Assembly (NCBI RefSeq): GCF_004010195.1
Contig: NC_057718.1
Coordinates: 103,853,963 to 103,879,123, forward strand
Length of the DNA: 25,161 bases
From: Chiloscyllium plagiosum
Lineage: Eukaryota
Direction of reading: 5' to 3'
Below are positions 20,138 through 25,161 of the stretch, one piece after another. The stretch's first letter is position 1. The number at the start of each line of letters is the position of its first letter. The notes beneath the pieces were generated by a model. The model saw only the letters and a list, made by a program, of their open reading frames with translations. It was not told where the DNA came from and did not search any database. Made by a program: the position numbers and the translations under genes.

Positions 20138-22136
20138 TGACCTACTCTTGGGAATAAGACTGAGAAGGTGACTGAGGTGTCAATGGGGAAGCACTTTGGG
20201 GCCAGTGACCATAATTCTATTAGCTTTAAAATTGTGATGGAAAAGGATAGACCAGATCTAAAAGTTGAAGTTCTAAACTGGGGGAAGGCCAAAGGAGAAT
20301 CCAAAGGGATTTTATAAATACATTAAGGACAAAAGGGTAACTAGGGAGAGAACAGGGCTCCTCAAAGATCAGCAAGGCGACTTTTGTGTGGAGCTGCAGG
20401 AGATGTGGAAGATACTAAATGAGTATTTTGCATCAGTGTTTACTGTGGAGAAAGACATGGAAGATATAGAATGTGGGGAAATAGATGGTGACATCTTGAA
20501 AAATATCCATATTACAGAGGAGGAGGAGGTGCTGGTTATCTTGAAACGCATAAAAGTGGATAAATCCCCAGGACCTGATGAGGTGTATCTAGAACTTTGT
20601 GGGAAAGTAGGGAAATGATTGCTGGGCCTCTTGCTGAGATATTTATATCATCGATAGTCACAGGTGACATGCTGGAAGACTGGAGATTGGCTAACGTGGT
20701 GCCACTGATTAAGAAAATTGGTAAGGACAAGCCAGGGAACTATAGACCAGTGAGCCTGATGTCAGTGGTGGGCAAGTTGTTGGAGGGAATCTTGAGGGAC
20801 AGGATGTACGTATATTTGGAAAGGCAAGATCTGATTAGGGATAGTCAACATGGCTTTGTGTGTGGGAAATCATGTCTCACAAACTTGATTGAGTTCTTTG
20901 AAGAAGTAACAAAGAGGATTGATGAGGGCAGAGCGGTGGACGTGTTCTAAATGGACTTCAGAAAGGCGTTTGACAAGGTTCCCCATGGGAGACTGATTAG
21001 CAAGGTTAGATCTCATGGAATACAGGGAGAATAGCCATTTGGATACAGAACTGGCTCAAAACTAGAAGACAGAGGGTGGTGGTGGAGGGTTGTTTTTCAG
21101 ACTGGAGACCTGTGACCAGTGGAGTGCACAAGGATCGGTGCTGGGTCCACAGCTTTTCATCATTTATGCAAATGATTTAAATATGAACAAAGGAGGTATA
21201 GTTAGTAAGTTTGCAGATGACACCAAAATTGGAGATATAGTGGACAGTGAAGAAAGTTCCCTCAGATTACAATGGGATCTTGATCAGATGGGCCAATAGA
21301 CCAAGGAGTGGCAGATGGAGTTTAATTAGATAAATGTGAGGCGCTTCATTTTGAAAAAGCAAATCTTAGCAGGACTTATACACTTAATGATAAGGTCCTG
21401 GAGAGTGTTGATGAGTGAAGACACCTTGGAGTGCAGGTTCATAGCTCCTTGAAAGTAGAGTTGCAGGTTGATAGGTTAGTGGAGAAGGCGTTTGGTATAC
21501 TTTCCTTTATTGGTAAGAACATTGAGTACAGGAGTTGGGAAGTCATGTTGCGGCTATGCAGGACAGTGGTTAGGCCACTGTTGGAATATTACATGTAATT
21601 CTGGTCTCCCTCCAGTTGGAAAAATGTTGTGAAACTTGAAAGGGTTCAGAAAAGAGTTACAAGGTTGTTGCCAGGATTGTAGGATTTGAGTTGTAGGGAG
21701 AGGCTAAATAGGCTGGGGCTGTTTTCCCTGGAGCATCGGAGGCTGAGGGCTGACCTTATAGATGTTTATAAAATCATGACGGGCATGGATAGGGTAAATA
21801 GACCAGGTATTTATCTGGGTTTGCGGGAGTCCAAAACTAAAGGGCATAGGCTTAGAGTGAGAGGGGATAGATATCAAAGAGATCCAAGGAGCACCTTTTT
21901 CACTCAGAGACTGGTGTGTGTATGGAATGACCTACCAGAGGAAGTGGTGGAGGCTGGTACAATTACAGCATTTAAAGGGCATCTGGATGGGTGTATGAAT
22001 AGGAAGGGTTTAGAGTGTCATGGACAAAGTGCTGACAAATGGGACTAGGTTTATTTAGGATATCTGGTCGGTATGGATGAGTTGGACCAAAAGGTCTGTT
22101 TCCCTGCTGTACATCTCTATAACTCTTTGACTCTAT
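20138..22136 (+). mobile_element. HER1/CR1 LINE, 5'-truncated, ORF2 with frameshifts and stops
   Basis: Endonuclease end HFGASDHNS, internal deletion near 20290, then NYRPVSLMSVVGKLLE, QHGFVCGKSCLTNLIEFFE, QGSVLGP, KFADDTK. ctctat-type tail. Confidence 0.96.
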
Positions 22137-22227
22137 CTGACTTAATATCTCTTTCTGTGGCTTGGTGTCATATTTGATCTGGAGTATTTCGGTGATGTGC
22201 CTTGGTACATTTTGTTCTATTGACTAT

Positions 22228-22302
22228 CAAAAATAGAAGCAGGAGTAGGCCATTCAGCCCATTGTGGCTGCTGTGCCATTCAGTATGACCATGGCTGATC
22301 TT
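22228..22302 (-). mobile_element. CR1-type 3' tail fragment
   Basis: atagaagcaggagtaggccattcagccc...catggctgatct. Confidence 0.7.
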
Positions 22303-22329
22303 TACCTCATGCATCATGCATTTACCTCC

Positions 22330-22430
22330 AGCACATGGGCTGCAGCAGTTCAAGAAGGCAGCTCACCCCCACCTACTCTAGGGCAACTAGGGACGGGCAG
22401 CCAGAGAAACCAATATTCCCTGAATGAGTC
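22330..22430 (+). mobile_element. 3' tail of the 5035-type LINE
   Basis: cacatgggctgcagcagttcaagaaggcagctcaccccc matches 24757-24800. Confidence 0.75.
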
Positions 22431-23213
22431 TATAATAATACTCCGGTGCTGTCCTCGTACACAAATTATGGCACAGTATTTCTGACAATTGAACCTCGGA
22501 GGTGAACAGTAAATATTCTCTGATTTTGAGCAAATAGATTTCCTTATCATTACCTCATTCTGGTCAGTTCAGATCCCAATGTGCACATGGGATCAGTGTT
22601 CTCAATGCTTGAAGGCATGTTTTGATCTCTGTCTGAAAGATTTTCAAGGGAAAAGCTGTGTTTTACTGAGACTCATGTGTGCATTTACCATGATGTTACA
22701 TCCTAATGTCCCAGTACCCATTAGTCACTTCATTTGGTGGAGAATTGAAAGTTGTGGCCTGATGTTGACTGTTCCTCACAATGTAAAACATTACTCCCCC
22801 ACAGAATCTATTGTCTGCAGTCAGGCACTTGTTAAATCTGCATTGTAATCTCCTGGACTGCAATGCATTAACAATAGAAAGTGTTATCCTTGCTTTTCAC
22901 TCGCCTAAATAAAATAAAATAAACATTTCTGAGACATTTTGCAACTGTATGGGCATCCTGGAGTCTATCAGATAGGTCTTGGAGCGTTGTCAGTCTTACT
23001 TCGTGAAATCTAAATCCCACTGCTGAGGATTACATACTGGTTAACGTTTTGCTATAAAAGTTACATGAGAGAAAAGCAAATCCTAGTCACTTTTTGAAAA
23101 CTACATTAGCTCAAAGCATACAACGTAGATTAAAAAGTAATGAAACATGAGCTTGAAGTTGAGCTCTTGTCCATAATCTTGCACTCTGTCACAGGAATGA
23201 TTTCCAGTACAAT

Positions 23214-23571
23214 GTCATAGTCAGAGAATCATAGAGATATACAGCTCGGAAACAGGCCCTTCGGTCCAACCCATCCATGCCGACCAGATTTCCCAACCCA
23301 ATCTAGTCCCACCTGCCAGCACCCGGCCCATATCCCTCCAAACCCTTCCTATTCATATACCCATCCAAATGCCTCTTAAATGTTACAATTGTACCAGCCT
23401 CCACCACATCCTCTGGCAGCTCATTCCATACACGTACCACCCTCTGTGTGAAAAAGTTGCCCCTTAGGTCTCTTTTATATCTTTCCCCTCTCACCCTAAA
23501 CCTATGCCCTCTAGTTCTGGACTCCCCCACCCCAGGGAAAAGACTTTGCCTATTTACCCTATCCATGCTCC
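23214..23571 (-). mobile_element. HER1/CR1 LINE 3' fragment, little decayed
   Basis: MDRVNRQSLFPGVGESRTRGHRFRVRGERYKRDLRGNFFTQRVVRVWNELPE is uninterrupted. Confidence 0.95.
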
Positions 23572-23836
23572 TCTTGTGGCCCAAAGTTCCAGTTAAGAAA
23601 ACTAGATATGTTAAATCATAATTATCTTGCATACTTTGAAGTTTGCTCTTGCCATCAGTGTGGGGCTAGTCCAGTGTACTGATGTGAGATGGGAAAAGTA
23701 ACTCTAATTCAAAGAAACATTTCTGAGAGAAAATGAGGGAGCAAAGCTAAACCAAAACATTTCCAAATTTATCAAGAAAAGTAACTACACTGGCAGAATA
23801 GATGGATGGATGGAAAAAACCCATACTTAAAATTTG

Positions 23837-24008
23837 GCATAAGTGGGTACTGCAGATGCTGGAGATCAGAGTCCAGATCTCCAGTGGTGCTGGAAAAGCA
23901 CAGCAGGTCAGGCAGCATCCAGGGAGCAGGAAAGTCGATGTTTCGGACAAAAGCTCTTCATCAGGAAAGAAGGGCTTTTGCCCAAAACATCGATTTTCCT
24001 GCTCCTGA
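23837..24008 (-). mobile_element. Penelope-like repeat with terminal inversion and 15-bp TSD
   Basis: TSD catacttaaaatttg at 23822-23836 and 24009-24023. Arms 23923-23959 / 23969-24005 match at 33/37. CTGATGA core at 23964-23958. Confidence 0.88.
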
Positions 24009-24254
24009 CATACTTAAAATTTGTCAAGTCTTTGTTGCCAGCTTCAGGTTTCAGAGTAGTTGCCTTAGTTATATGCTGTGTGGAAATTCCCAGCTTAGTC
24101 CCAGATCTTCACTGACTTACTGTGACTACTTTCAGTGAGGTCGGAAACAACTTGGAACTTTAAACAAAAGGTGGGAGCACCTTTAGAAATACAAGCAATC
24201 TATTGAATACAGTGCAATGTCAAATATTAAGAAGCCTGTTCCCATTTATGCTAT

Positions 24255-24470
24255 AGGAATAGGAGAACCTTTATTCTTACAGAACCTGGATGTCTCCAAA
24301 TACTTCAGAGCCAATTTTCTTTTGTCTATTCACTGCTATAGTAAACATGATAGCTACTTTCTGTACTACAAGCTCCCACAGGCTCCCATAATGTTAAGGT
24401 TATTAGCTTTAGGGATGCTATGGTAGATAAATATTCATCAGTACATTCAGGGAAAACTCTGATCCTCTGT
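24255..24470 (-). mobile_element. Degenerate DeuSINE (SacSINE1-like) 3' part
   Basis: Motifs aagctcccaca, gataaatatt and gggaaaactc occur in the expected order. Confidence 0.5.
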
Positions 24471-24514
24471 GTTGGCTAGCACTAAGTTAAAGTTCTGGCC
24501 TTCAGGGGCAGCAC

Positions 24515-24876
24515 TGTTAACCATCTTCCAGATGGATTGCAGCAACTCATAAAGCCTCTTCAGACAGCACCTTCCAAACCCACAGCCACTTCCATCTTGA
24601 AGGACAAGGGCAGCAGATACATGGGAATGCCACCCCCAGCAAGTTGCCCTCCAAGCCACTCCCCATCCTGACTTGGAAATATATCACCATTCCTTCACTG
24701 CCACTGGGTCAATATCCTGGAATTCCCTCCCTAAGGGCATTGTGAGTCTTCCTACAGCACATGGACTGCAGCGGTTCAAGAAGGCATCTCACCCCCACCT
24801 TCCCAAGGGACAACTAGTGATGGGTAATAAATGCTGGACCCAGGCAGTGACATCCACATCCTCTGAATGAATAAAA
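24515..24876 (+). mobile_element. 3' end of the 5035-type LINE
   Basis: Reverse-complement match to 5036-5390. Ends tgaatgaataaaa. Confidence 0.88.
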
Positions 24877-24887
24877 GGAAATGAAAG

Positions 24888-25161
24888 GATATTGTTCCAA
24901 CCTGAACCTGAGGGGCACCAGTATCCTTGATGGGAGGTTTGCTAGTGCTCTTGGGGGGGGTTTAAACTAACTCTGCTGGGGCATGGGAACCCAGACTGTA
25001 GCTTTAGGGCGCAGGACCTGGAGTGTAGGGAAGTTAGGAACATGGCATCAATCTCAAAGGAGCGTGCCTGTAAACAGGAAAGTGGCTTGAAGTGTGTATA
25101 CTTCAATGCAAGAAGTATACGAAATAAGGTAGGTGAATTTGCAGCGTGTGTTGGTACCTGG
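24888..25161 (+). mobile_element. CR1 LINE ORF1 end / ORF2 start (runs off the window)
   Basis: LNLRGTSILDGRFASAL..GLN* (ORF1 esterase-like end), then LKCVYFNARSIRNKVGE (APE endonuclease N-terminus). Confidence 0.88.

Noticed and set aside
20388..22048. RT-like ORFs as a functional or domesticated gene
   Set aside because: Multiple stops, frameshifts and a deletion. This is a dead CR1/HER1 copy.
1..25161. CRISPR arrays or prokaryotic defence/operon systems
   Set aside because: Vertebrate repeat landscape with no regularly spaced repeat-spacer array or operon-like ORFs.

Overview
Eukaryotic, repeat-dense non-coding DNA (intron or intergenic) from a cartilaginous fish. The taxon is inferred from HE1-like SINEs and HER1/CR1-type LINEs typical of sharks and rays. 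No host gene can be confidently called, and nearly all ORFs in the track are TE remnants, microsatellite/N-gap artefacts or chance ORFs. Recognisable content: CR1-type LINE fragments, L2 relics, a second LINE family, HE1 and DeuSINE-like SINEs, a (TG)n tract with a 781-N gap, and several Penelope-like (PLE) fragments. Three things stand out. (1) A decayed Ty3/Gypsy element (gag-PR-RT-RNaseH-IN) lies on the minus strand at about 14.4-18.5 kb, split by at least six younger insertions. (2) Eight short PLE-derived repeats of three or four families carry intact or degenerate minimal hammerhead-ribozyme cores. Several have long TSDs, and two form inverted repeats that pivot at the ribozyme core. (3) There is a perfect 28-bp hairpin at 108-170 and a weak candidate exon pair (510-598 and 3681-3753). 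All family names come from motif recognition by eye, not database searches.
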